Below, piece by piece: positions 1-8,841 of a DNA stretch of 64,000 bases. The position numbers were made by a program, and so were the translations under genes. Numbering within the stretch: position 1 is the stretch's first letter; each line of letters begins with the position of its first letter. The notes below the pieces were generated by a model. That model searched no databases, had not been told where the DNA came from, and saw only the letters and a list, made by a program, of their open reading frames with translations. Origin of the DNA: Actinomycetota bacterium (GTDB lineage: Bacteria > Actinomycetota > Acidimicrobiia > Acidimicrobiales > Ilumatobacteraceae); NCBI GenBank assembly GCA_947454105.1, contig CANGIP010000005.1, positions 41,635 through 105,634 on the forward strand. The letters run 5' to 3'.

Positions 1-24
1 ACTTCGATTAACCAGTTCCTCAGC

Positions 25-822
25 ATGGGAAAAGGAGTTTGGCTACTCTCGGAAATGGCCGGCAATATCGGGGATCACTTGATTTGGCGTGGTACTGAAA
101 GATTGCTTGACGGATTACCACTTGAATTTGAGCGCGTCAGGTGCTCAGAGATCAATGGCGAGAAGACGCAATACAACAACAACAACGACACACTGGTGAT
201 ACCTGGTAGTGGGGCGTTCAACAAGAATTTTCACGGATGGCTACCACAATTGGTACTGAAAGCGTCCAATCAGTTTGGACGAGTTGTTATTTTGCCTTCG
301 GAGTACGAACCAGAGCTTCCCGTTGTCTTTTCAGCGCTCTCTCAGCCAAACGTTTTTCCGTTTGCTAGAGATTCCTATTCGTATAATCAGGTAAAACTAT
401 TTACCCAAGTTTCCTTGAGTCTTGATCCGGCGTTGTACGCCTTTGACTTTGAAACAGCGACGAGGAAAATTGCGCCCAGCAACAATTTGGGTGAAGTTTT
501 GTTGGCTTTGCGAACAGATGCAAGCAGTTTGTTGATGCATCATGGTCTGCAGCCCGGTCCAATGAATAGTGACATCAGTGTGACATATCAGGATCTAGAT
601 CAATTTCTGAAGTCAATTCGAGAAGTAGATACGGTTGTGACCGACCGCCTGCATGTGGTAGTTGCAGCTGTGATGCTCGGTAAGACCGTCCGTTATGTAG
701 ATCCGTGGAGTTATAAAATCAGCAGGTACGTTGATTTTAATTTTCGTCACGAGTTTGACGATCAAATCCAGCAACGTGATTACAAATGGCTTACTGAGCG
801 TGGATTCGCAGTGAGCAAATGA
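25..822 (+). CDS. polysaccharide pyruvyl transferase family protein (CsaB/WcaK-like)
   Basis: 265-aa ORF. 'GNIGDHLIW', 'ARDSYS' and 'VVTDRLHVVVAAVMLGK' follow the conserved blocks I recall for PF04230. ATGA stop/start overlap with the next gene. The frame stays open to the window edge, so the true start could lie upstream. Confidence 0.6.
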   Translation: MGKGVWLLSEMAGNIGDHLIWRGTERLLDGLPLEFERVRCSEINGEKTQYNNNNDTLVIPGSGAFNKNFHGWLPQLVLKASNQFGRVVILPSEYEPELPVVFSALSQPNVFPFARDSYSYNQVKLFTQVSLSLDPALYAFDFETATRKIAPSNNLGEVLLALRTDASSLLMHHGLQPGPMNSDISVTYQDLDQFLKSIREVDTVVTDRLHVVVAAVMLGKTVRYVDPWSYKISRYVDFNFRHEFDDQIQQRDYKWLTERGFAVSK

Positions 823-2141
823 AAGTCCCTACTCAACCACGAATTCTTGGTTATGTGATAGCCCGCAATGAATGGCCACTGCTAGAACTGTCAGTCGCGC
901 ACGCAATAAATTCGGGAATAGACCGCATTGTAATTATTGACCATTGCAGTGATGATGCCACCAGAGAGGGTTTGCAGGCATTGCAACGTTTTTGGTCAGA
1001 CAAGATTGTTGTTTACAGAGTTGACGATTCTCGGTACTTGCAAGAGGCGACGTCTGCATTAGTGATGGCTCTGGTAGACGCTGATTCATTTGACTGGGTA
1101 TATGTCTTTGATGCTGATGAATTTGTCTTGCTTCCTCCAGAATTGAAACTTGGCGAATTGCTTAGCCGAGTGGCTCCCGAAGTTGAGGCAGTACGGTATG
1201 AAATACATCAGTGGGTCGCACCCACTGATTTCAACGACCTTGATGTCATTGAATATTCGCGGATTCGATATCGCGCTGTTGCCAATAACTTTACGAAGTT
1301 GGTCGGCGAGGATCTCGCAGATGAGATTGAGAATGGAAGCCTTAATTTCTTTGACCTTCCGTTTCCAAGCAAGGTCATTGTTCGCGGAAAGTGGGCCCAT
1401 GCTCTTGTCGCTGGTGGGCACCTGATACGGGGAGAGGCAGGGATAGTCGAGATGACTATGGACCCCTCGTCCTTAAGGGTTGGACATGTGCCACTGCTAA
1501 GTCGGCGGCGCCTCGCTCTGAAGTGCGAACAAGGCGCCGCTTTGATACGGGCTGGCTTTGCCCCCGGGCATGGGTGGCAAAGCCAGATGCTCTATCGGTT
1601 GCAGATTGCTGGAGCCCTTGAAGACTTTTGGCGAAATCATTCTGTCACTGATGATCTGCCGCATCAGTTGAATAATTCGTTTCCGGTGACCGCATTAGAC
1701 GAGTCTCTCGCTCAGGCAATCAAGATGGTGATCACTCATGTGGGAGATCTTGGCGCTGGGGCATCTGAGAATTCGCATAATTTTGTCAGAGCGGGACTCA
1801 GCCCAGATGATTTGTGGTCTGGAGCCATATCGTCAATTAATAGACAAATGAAAATTCGTGATGTCCTAGCTGTTCAGCGTGATTTCCTAGCTGTACAGCG
1901 TGACGCCTTGGCCGTTGAGCGTGACGCTCTAGTCGTTGAGCGTGACGCCCAGATCACTGGTCTGGCGTTAGAAATAGAACGGTTGCAAGACCGATACGAG
2001 GCAGCAGAATTTGCGGTAGACGTTCACCGTCAAGAAATTATTAAATTGACTTCAAGTAAGGCCTTCCGCTTGGGGATGTTCATCACATGGCCGGCCAGGC
2101 ACCTGCATTCCGCTATAGCCACAATGAAACGACGTGCTTAA
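819..2141 (+). CDS. GT2-like glycosyltransferase with C-terminal coiled coil
   Basis: 440-aa ORF. 'ILGYVIARNEWPLLELSVAHAINSGIDRIVIIDHCSDDAT...DWVYVFDADEF' fits a GT2 (Glyco_tranf_2_4-type) layout. Residues ~347-420 are heptad-periodic. Confidence 0.6.
   Translation: MKVPTQPRILGYVIARNEWPLLELSVAHAINSGIDRIVIIDHCSDDATREGLQALQRFWSDKIVVYRVDDSRYLQEATSALVMALVDADSFDWVYVFDADEFVLLPPELKLGELLSRVAPEVEAVRYEIHQWVAPTDFNDLDVIEYSRIRYRAVANNFTKLVGEDLADEIENGSLNFFDLPFPSKVIVRGKWAHALVAGGHLIRGEAGIVEMTMDPSSLRVGHVPLLSRRRLALKCEQGAALIRAGFAPGHGWQSQMLYRLQIAGALEDFWRNHSVTDDLPHQLNNSFPVTALDESLAQAIKMVITHVGDLGAGASENSHNFVRAGLSPDDLWSGAISSINRQMKIRDVLAVQRDFLAVQRDALAVERDALVVERDAQITGLALEIERLQDRYEAAEFAVDVHRQEIIKLTSSKAFRLGMFITWPARHLHSAIATMKRRA
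1857..1952 (+). repeat. in-frame 21-bp tandem repeat, ~4.5 units
   Basis: Units are cgtgatgtcctagctgttcag / cgtgatttcctagctgtacag / cgtgacgccttggccgttgag / cgtgacgctctagtcgttgag / cgtgacgcccag. They translate to RDVLAVQ RDFLAVQ RDALAVE RDALVVE RDAQ. Confidence 0.9.
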
Positions 2142-2290
2142 TCTCTCATGCTGGAGTGATATTGAATCGTTTACGGGAGAAAAATGGGAAGTTGAAATCG
2201 TGTGCGCTCATCAGTATCACCAAACGTTTAATTGAAGACCTAGCAATCCTCGCACATGAAAAACTGCATTATTGTTTGTGAACAGTTATC

Positions 2291-3097
2291 TCAAATCATC
2301 ATGTTGAGGGCACTTGTGACTTTGCGACCATGATCTATGTCCCCGCTGTAGATGATTTTGTCAGCAAGTTGTTGATCGGTTTGACGGCCGGTCGCAAGAG
2401 CCAAGAAGGTTGCGGTATCGAGCGTGATCCGGCTTAAGGGTGCCTCGGGCTCATCCTTGACAAGGGCCGCACGTCCATCGACGATCGTGCACACGATGTG
2501 ACGTGGAACTCCACCAGTAATGTCAATCACCACACTCTGGCCATCGGGGGTTGCGGCTCGCTTACCAACCACAATTGGCACGGTACGAATCAGTCGATCG
2601 ATGGTGTGCTCGGCGGCGGGGCCAGAAAGATGCCCAGGAATACCCACAGCTCGACGCATGTCTTGTTCGTGAACCCAACAATCGAGTACGCGAATATGCA
2701 GGAAGTCGGCAGTGGTGCCGGGACCAGTTGGGGTCATAACTTCTTTGGTGAAGTACGACTCGTTGGCAGTGCGCAAGAAATTCAAACGTCGGGCTGCAAC
2801 TTCATTCCACTCGCTTAAGACCTTTGCACCAGTTAATGAACGACGGCTGTCGATTTCGTTTTCGTTGGCTTCGCCGATGGGGTTGCGCACATAATCAAAC
2901 TTGGGTGCCTGGTGTGAGGTGCGCGCGCCACCGCTTTCGGTACTTTCATACGCAACGATGTGCGACAAGTTGTCTTGCACCGACCAACCAGGGCAGTCGC
3001 TCGGAAGTTTCCATTGCGCCTCTGAAAGTTGCGCCCCGAGTTCGGATAACGAAGCAAAACACATAGCTAGTTTGTCGATGGTGTCGTTGGGGATCAT
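2291..3097 (-). CDS. mycothiol-dependent maleylpyruvate isomerase family (DinB-like) protein
   Basis: 268-aa ORF. 'LSEAQWKLPSDCPGWSVQDNLSHIV' matches the N-domain of the TIGR03083-type actinobacterial family as I recall it. Confidence 0.6.
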   Translation of the reverse strand: MIPNDTIDKLAMCFASLSELGAQLSEAQWKLPSDCPGWSVQDNLSHIVAYESTESGGARTSHQAPKFDYVRNPIGEANENEIDSRRSLTGAKVLSEWNEVAARRLNFLRTANESYFTKEVMTPTGPGTTADFLHIRVLDCWVHEQDMRRAVGIPGHLSGPAAEHTIDRLIRTVPIVVGKRAATPDGQSVVIDITGGVPRHIVCTIVDGRAALVKDEPEAPLSRITLDTATFLALATGRQTDQQLADKIIYSGDIDHGRKVTSALNMMI

Positions 3098-3109
3098 GAG
3101 GTTTCCTTT

Positions 3110-3805
3110 TTACGGGGCTGGATTTTGAATACTTTGCCAGTCGCGAGCTTGCAGATATGGCGTAAAGGCTTTGCCGATGAACTCTAAGTCGGCCGGAGTC
3201 TTGGGGGTCTTGATTTCGTACAGCCCGTCTACGCGGGTGTAGGCGACGGTGAGGTCCCACAGTGCGATGGCTTGATCGCCCATAGGTGCCGGCACGACGA
3301 CAGGACCAAACACAGCCTTCTCTGAACGTGATCCTTCAGCGGGGAACAGCACAATCGGCACACCGAAGCCAGCGAGTTCATTGATGACATAGAAGTGGTC
3401 AGCTTTGACGTCGTCGTGGGTTGATTCATCGGCCAATGCCTGGTCCCAGTCGTCGGCGGAAGCTCCAATAGATTCAAGCAATTCTTTGGCTACGGCGGGG
3501 TCGTGGGGCTTGCGCCCATCAGTGTGAAGTGCCTTGCCGCATACCGCATACCACGCATCACACAAAGCCATGTCGCGCCGACGCAAGCGAGCAGCGACGC
3601 GCAATGGGCTCCAACCGTAAGCGAGGGGGCGTTCCCAGGGATGTGGTTTGCCTTCGGGACGGTTGACCTCTTCGAGGCTAAAGAAACGCCAGTTGATCTC
3701 AAGGCCTGTGAGTCGTCGAACTTCACGAATCCATAGCGATGTTTGATACGCCCATGGGCACATTGGATCAAAGAAGAAATCAACTTTGTCAACTTGGTTT
3801 GGCAC
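3110..3805 (-). CDS. DsbA-family thioredoxin-fold protein (Rv2466c/FrnE-like), monothiol CPWA site
   Basis: 231-aa ORF. 'VDFFFDPMCPWAYQTSLW' sits where the CxxC of DsbA-like proteins lies, but the second Cys is Ala. Confidence 0.6.
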   Translation of the reverse strand: MPNQVDKVDFFFDPMCPWAYQTSLWIREVRRLTGLEINWRFFSLEEVNRPEGKPHPWERPLAYGWSPLRVAARLRRRDMALCDAWYAVCGKALHTDGRKPHDPAVAKELLESIGASADDWDQALADESTHDDVKADHFYVINELAGFGVPIVLFPAEGSRSEKAVFGPVVVPAPMGDQAIALWDLTVAYTRVDGLYEIKTPKTPADLEFIGKAFTPYLQARDWQSIQNPAP

Positions 3806-4934
3806 TGCTGAACCGCCGATCTTTGAGACGAAGGAATGGTTTTTCGACGAAGAACCACGAGGCTGCTGTGACAGCAGAAACGATCATGATGCCAATCACA
3901 ATGCGAACTGACTTAGGACCCCATGTGAAATGACGACCCATCACCTGAAAGATCAACATATGCCAGAGATAGAGCCCATAAGAAACTTTGCCGAGTATGG
4001 CAAGTGGTTTCCAGGTCAAAACGCTGTTGCCAATCCATGCATTGTCTGCGGCTGCCAGAATCACCATGCCAGCAAGCAGTGCGATAACAGTGAATCCACC
4101 CTTATATATGAATGACCCGTGCGAGAGTTCATATTTGATATACACGATTCCGAGAAACGCTATAGATGCTGAATAATTCAAGACTTTTCGGTTGATTCGT
4201 ATGTGACGGTATATCAAGGCGAATAGGGCACCGACCAATAATGAATCAACACGCGTGTCAGTACGAATGTACAAAAAGAGCCATGAGACTCCCTGATTCC
4301 ACAATTCGTTGCGGTGCCAAGCAACGACGGCGATTGTTATAGCAACTAAACCCATCATGGCCTTGTTCGGGATTTTGAGAGCAACGAGAGCAATCAGAAT
4401 TGCTGGCCAGATGATGTAGAACTGCTCTTCAATTCCGAGGCTCCAAAGATGTCCTAGGTCATTTTGGGCGGCGTTTGGATGCCACACCACATTCCAGTTA
4501 TTGAGATAGAGCAGAGCGTGCCATGTCGTGCGCCACTGAATATCCATCGGAAATTTTTCCCAACGGGCCACGAAGAAGTCAACAATTAGAATCGCGTAAA
4601 GCGCTGGTAACAACCGCAATGCCCGACGCATATAGAAACGACGAAACATTCCCGGCTGATTCCGTTGCCGGTCTTTGAGCAACAGCGAGGTAATCAAGAA
4701 ACCACTGAGGACAAAGAAGATGTCGACCCCAAGGAAGCCAGGCTCAAGGGTCTTATTAAGCCAATTCCATGGGGTAACCGCATTGAAATAGGGGTCGGTG
4801 CTGACGATCCAATGAAAATGAGCGACGAAAACCTGCAGCACGGCAATCCCACGAATCCCGTCGAGGGCAGGGACATGTCCAGGAAGATCGTGAGAAATGT
4901 CCCGATTTGAAATGGCGCTTTGTCGGGCGGTCAC
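3789..4934 (-). CDS. acyltransferase family 3 (AT3) membrane O-acyltransferase
   Basis: 381-aa polytopic ORF with 'LDGIRGIAVLQVFVAHF' and 'LWSLGIEEQFYIIWP' AT3 hallmarks. It overlaps the downstream gene by 17 nt. Confidence 0.75.
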   Translation of the reverse strand: MTARQSAISNRDISHDLPGHVPALDGIRGIAVLQVFVAHFHWIVSTDPYFNAVTPWNWLNKTLEPGFLGVDIFFVLSGFLITSLLLKDRQRNQPGMFRRFYMRRALRLLPALYAILIVDFFVARWEKFPMDIQWRTTWHALLYLNNWNVVWHPNAAQNDLGHLWSLGIEEQFYIIWPAILIALVALKIPNKAMMGLVAITIAVVAWHRNELWNQGVSWLFLYIRTDTRVDSLLVGALFALIYRHIRINRKVLNYSASIAFLGIVYIKYELSHGSFIYKGGFTVIALLAGMVILAAADNAWIGNSVLTWKPLAILGKVSYGLYLWHMLIFQVMGRHFTWGPKSVRIVIGIMIVSAVTAASWFFVEKPFLRLKDRRFSSAKPS

Positions 4935-4961
4935 ATCAAGAACCTAGTACCGTTGAAGCCT

Positions 4962-5186
4962 ATGGAACGCCCTACAAAGTTTGAGCACACCCGCTTTCTT
5001 GGCGACAAGCGGACCCAGTTGGTGTACGACATTGACAACTGGGAAGACGTAGCGGTTATTGACGAAATTGTGGCTGCCGAAATCGGCTTGTGTTTTGGCC
5101 CCGATACTTTGGTTGAGGCTCGTAACCGTGGCTACACATTGGCAACTCCGGGTAAAACCCGTCGCCAGCGCAAGCCTCGTGCCTGA
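4962..5186 (+). CDS. small hypothetical protein with basic C-terminal tail
   Basis: The ORF-track start at 4920 would overlap the divergent AT3 start, so ATG 4962 is preferred. The tail reads 'GKTRRQRKPRA'. No family recognised. Confidence 0.35.
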   Translation: MERPTKFEHTRFLGDKRTQLVYDIDNWEDVAVIDEIVAAEIGLCFGPDTLVEARNRGYTLATPGKTRRQRKPRA

Positions 5187-5201
5187 AAGTTGTCGTAGCC
5201 G

Positions 5202-5963
5202 ATGCTGAGCAACGGCGCTATTGTCTCGGGCTCGCTGAGCCTGCCGCGCTACCTGGTTCAACCTGCTGGCAAATCCGAGGCCGCGCCGGGCGTGATCATG
5301 TTGCACTCGTTCCCGTTTGGGCCCATTGATGCGCGCCACTCGGCGAGCAGTTTCCCGGAGCTGATGGATCGTCTGGCCAATGAATTGGGTTTTGCGGCGA
5401 TGTGCTTCACATTCCGCGGTTGTGGTGACAGCCCTGGTGATTTTTCATTACAGGGTTGGGTCGACGATTTGCGAGCTGCAATTGACCACATGATTTCTGA
5501 ATCAAGCCCGACGGGGTTATGGCTTGTTGGGTCAAACACCGGTGGATCGCTCGCGATGTGTGTTGGCGCTGACGACCCGAGAATTAAGGGCTGTGCGTTA
5601 CTTGGGCCACGAGCCGACTTTGATGACTGGGCGAGCCAACCTCGAAAGTTTTTGGATCATTGTCGTTCAGTTGGTTCAGTACAGACGCCGCAGTTCCCGA
5701 AAGACTTTGATGAATGGACGCGCGAATTGCGACGCTTCAGACCAGTGCCGGCAGCTCAACGTTTTGCTCCACGCCCATTGTTGCTGTTGCATGGCGACGA
5801 CGATGAAAGTGTTCCAGCAACTGATACTCGTCAGTTAGCAGAAGCACATGGCGCAGCCGAAATGCGAGTGCTCGAAGGTGCGGGGCATCGAATGCGCCAC
5901 GACCCGCGAGCGATGGCAGTGTTGTTTGGTTGGTTGGATCGTCAACGTTTGGATGGCGAGTAA
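5202..5963 (+). CDS. alpha/beta hydrolase fold protein
   Basis: 253 aa. 'SNTGGSLAM' (nucleophile-elbow-like), 'LLLLHGDDDESVP' and 'GAGHRM' occur in Ser-Asp-His order. Confidence 0.6.
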   Translation: MLSNGAIVSGSLSLPRYLVQPAGKSEAAPGVIMLHSFPFGPIDARHSASSFPELMDRLANELGFAAMCFTFRGCGDSPGDFSLQGWVDDLRAAIDHMISESSPTGLWLVGSNTGGSLAMCVGADDPRIKGCALLGPRADFDDWASQPRKFLDHCRSVGSVQTPQFPKDFDEWTRELRRFRPVPAAQRFAPRPLLLLHGDDDESVPATDTRQLAEAHGAAEMRVLEGAGHRMRHDPRAMAVLFGWLDRQRLDGE

Positions 5964-6026
5964 ATGGTATGAGTAGACGATCTATTATGAAGAGAAGTTA
6001 TTTAGAGCAATGGATATTGTGATCAA

Positions 6027-8831
6027 GTGCGGCGGCGATCAGAAAACAATGATGTCATGATTTTCAAGAATTCAATTAATGCTCGCGCGCAATCAATTTT
6101 TGATGCGTCGTTTTATGTGAACGTGTATACAGAGGTTGAAAGCAGTGAATTTTCCCCGGTTCAGCACTTCACCCGCGCTGGGTTTGATGAAGGCCGAAAC
6201 CCTTGTGCGCTTTTTGACACTGACTGGTATCGGCACAAGTATGAAATTCCATGCGATGAAAATTGCCTAGCGCATTACTTGCGGGTTGGTTACAAACGCG
6301 GTTTTGAACCAAGCCCATATTTCAATTCAGAATTTTATCGTTCACAAGCTAAAGACATACCTGCAAACATCTCTCCGCTTGAACATTTCCGCACGGTCGG
6401 TTGGAAGCGACTTCTTGATGTGCACCCGTTATTTGATGCGGCTTGGTATCTCGATCAATTGAGCGAACCTCTTGAAATCGGAGTCGTACCAATTGAGCAC
6501 TACATCACCGACGGTTGGCGTACTGGATTTTCGCCAAGCCCGATGTTCATACCGGATTCATACTTTGAATTGAATATAGATGTGAAGTTGGCAGACGGTA
6601 ATGCACTCCATCATTATCTTGAATGGGGCCGTCATGAAGGTCGATCAGTTTCTGAACTGATCGATAGTGATTGGTATGTGGCGCAGTATCCCGACGATTT
6701 GATGGTTCAGTCGTGGGGAGCGTCGGCTCACTTCGCTCGTTTCGGATCGTGTGAAGGTCGAACAATCAGCCCAGATTTATTGGCCCAAAGAATTACTCAA
6801 TTCGCCTGCGATCGGGCACGTCGATTACGAAATCATCTTCGGTTAGACGGATATGGAGTTATATCGTCTGACCCATTTGATCTTGAGGCTCGACTCAACT
6901 CATTGACATTTTTGAGTTCTAGCAACCCACGTGTTTCGGTGATTATCCCGACCCTTAATCATTCAAAAGATGTTGTTGCATGTCTTGAAACCATTGCAAT
7001 CGCCGCTGATCAAACCGCTTATGAAGTCATAGTTGTTGACGATTGTTCGACGCCCGATGAATCGGCGCGACTTTCACGAATCCCGGGCGTTCGTTACATT
7101 CGACACGAGACAAATCAAGGCTTCTCGGGAGCTTGTACTTCAGGCGTTGAGGCATCACATTCAGAGTTTGTCTTGTTATTGAACAATGACACCGAAGTAT
7201 TGCCTGGGTGGTTGGATTCTCTGGTCTCCGAAATGGATACACATCAATCAACTGGTGTGACTGGTTCGATGATTCTCAAAGGCAATATGCGATTGCAAGA
7301 AGCTGGTGGCATTATTTGGTCTGATGCAACTGGAACGCATTATGGAAGTAATGCGAATCCTTGCGGCTACCAGTACCGCTTCCGTCGATCAGTTGATTTT
7401 TGCTCTGGTGCCGCACTTCTCATTCGTCGTGAAGTTTGGAATGTCATACGTGGGTTTGATCAAAAGTTGGCGCCGGCCTATTACGAAGACGTCGATGTTT
7501 GTTTTAACGCGAGGCAACATGGCTATGAGTGTGTGTATCAGCCCAACTCGTTGATTGTCCACCGTGAAGGAAGCACTCACGGCTCATCTTCTTTTGGATT
7601 GAAGCGTAAGCAATTTGAAAATCGCCATCTATTTTCTGAAAAGTGGCATATTGAATTACGTAGTCAAGTTGAAGCACCAACTGATGACCGAGAAAGAGCA
7701 CTTCTTCAGGCGAGAGATCGCCGGCGTGAACGACACATCTTGATTTGTGACTATCAGCAACTAGATCCGAAATCTGATGCCGGGTCAGTCAGAATGAACC
7801 ACATTTTGAAGGAATTCGCCCAACGTGATTTCGTCGTGCACTTCTTGCCGGTGAGTCTTTTTAAGAGCCACAGTTGGGTCAATGACATCACTCTGGATGG
7901 TGTCGAGATATTGAATCCTGGTGACGGAGTTGAAGCATTTTTGTTAAAACACCGCGATTTTCTTGAATGCATGATCGTGTCACGGCCAGAAGTGATGGCT
8001 CAACTCGCAACAAAAATTGCATTGAATGCGCCGCAAGTTCCGCTGATTTATGACATGGTCGATGCCCACGGTATGCGCTTGCGCCGCAAGGCCGAATTGT
8101 TTGGCGATAAATCTACGAAGGATGCTGATCACGTAGAAAGTGTCGAATCTAAAGCAGCTCGAATGGCTGATATTACAATTGCGGTTTCGCAAAGTGATGA
8201 GCAGTACATCCAAAAACTGTGCGGCGAAAATCTGAAAACTGCGATTATTCCGACGATCCATCCGGTTGTTGAAGGTCTTGAGAAGTATGAGAATCGCAAA
8301 GGACTCTTGTTCGTTGGTGGATTTCAACATGACCCAAATGTTGACGCTGCGAAGTTTTTGACAATGGAAGTGCTTCCACGAGTACAACAAAAATTGGGCC
8401 CAGTTCAAGTCACGATTGTTGGAAGTAATGCAACTGCTGAAATTTTCGAATTACAAAGCGATTCGGTCAAAGTTGTGGGTTGGGTTGACGACCTGTTGCC
8501 CTATTACAACTCACACAAAATGGTCGTAGCGCCATTGCGTTTTGGGGCTGGTGTTAAAGGCAAAATTGGTGAAGCTTTGAGCCATGGCATTCCGACGGTC
8601 ACGACCTCGATTGGTGTTGAAGGTATGCCATTGGAGAATGGACAAGACATTCTGTATGCCGATTCTGCTGACGAAATTGCTGATGCTGTTGTCAAGGTTT
8701 ACAACGATGAAAAATTGTGGACCTCGTTGTCGGAAAATGGTCAAAAGAAAATTGATTCGCTTGTTGGCAGCGAAGCACTACGAAGAATGGTTGACAACCT
8801 CTTAGTTCAAGTTAGGGGCCTGAAGGCGTAG
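6027..8831 (+). CDS. three-part glycosyltransferase: N-terminal repeat array, GT2 domain, C-terminal GT4-like domain
   Basis: 934 aa. GT2 blocks are 'VSVIIPTLNH', 'VIVVDDCSTPDE', 'NQGFSGACTSG', 'LLLNNDTEV' and 'YYEDVDVCF'. The GT-B block is 'GKIGEALSHGIPTVTTSIGVEGM'. Start is GTG 6027, with ATG 6057 as an alternative. Confidence 0.8.
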   Translation: MRRRSENNDVMIFKNSINARAQSIFDASFYVNVYTEVESSEFSPVQHFTRAGFDEGRNPCALFDTDWYRHKYEIPCDENCLAHYLRVGYKRGFEPSPYFNSEFYRSQAKDIPANISPLEHFRTVGWKRLLDVHPLFDAAWYLDQLSEPLEIGVVPIEHYITDGWRTGFSPSPMFIPDSYFELNIDVKLADGNALHHYLEWGRHEGRSVSELIDSDWYVAQYPDDLMVQSWGASAHFARFGSCEGRTISPDLLAQRITQFACDRARRLRNHLRLDGYGVISSDPFDLEARLNSLTFLSSSNPRVSVIIPTLNHSKDVVACLETIAIAADQTAYEVIVVDDCSTPDESARLSRIPGVRYIRHETNQGFSGACTSGVEASHSEFVLLLNNDTEVLPGWLDSLVSEMDTHQSTGVTGSMILKGNMRLQEAGGIIWSDATGTHYGSNANPCGYQYRFRRSVDFCSGAALLIRREVWNVIRGFDQKLAPAYYEDVDVCFNARQHGYECVYQPNSLIVHREGSTHGSSSFGLKRKQFENRHLFSEKWHIELRSQVEAPTDDRERALLQARDRRRERHILICDYQQLDPKSDAGSVRMNHILKEFAQRDFVVHFLPVSLFKSHSWVNDITLDGVEILNPGDGVEAFLLKHRDFLECMIVSRPEVMAQLATKIALNAPQVPLIYDMVDAHGMRLRRKAELFGDKSTKDADHVESVESKAARMADITIAVSQSDEQYIQKLCGENLKTAIIPTIHPVVEGLEKYENRKGLLFVGGFQHDPNVDAAKFLTMEVLPRVQQKLGPVQVTIVGSNATAEIFELQSDSVKVVGWVDDLLPYYNSHKMVVAPLRFGAGVKGKIGEALSHGIPTVTTSIGVEGMPLENGQDILYADSADEIADAVVKVYNDEKLWTSLSENGQKKIDSLVGSEALRRMVDNLLVQVRGLKA
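6099..6773 (+). repeat. six tandem ~36-38-aa protein repeats (F-D-x3-Y ... H-[YF]-x3-G-x4-G-x2-P)
   Basis: Residues 25-249 of the 934-aa ORF. Example units are 'FDTDWYRHKYEIPCDENCLAHYLRVGYKRGFEPSPY' and 'FDAAWYLDQLSEPLEIGVVPIEHYITDGWRTGFSPSPM'. The units are diverged at the DNA level. Confidence 0.75.
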
Positions 8832-8841
8832 TGGCTAATAC

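Noticed and set aside
2087-2281. 64-aa ORF in the convergent spacer after the coiled-coil GT
   Set aside because: It overlaps the GT 3' end and has no RBS or motif. It most likely lies in a non-coding 3' region. I could not find a convincing terminator hairpin there either.
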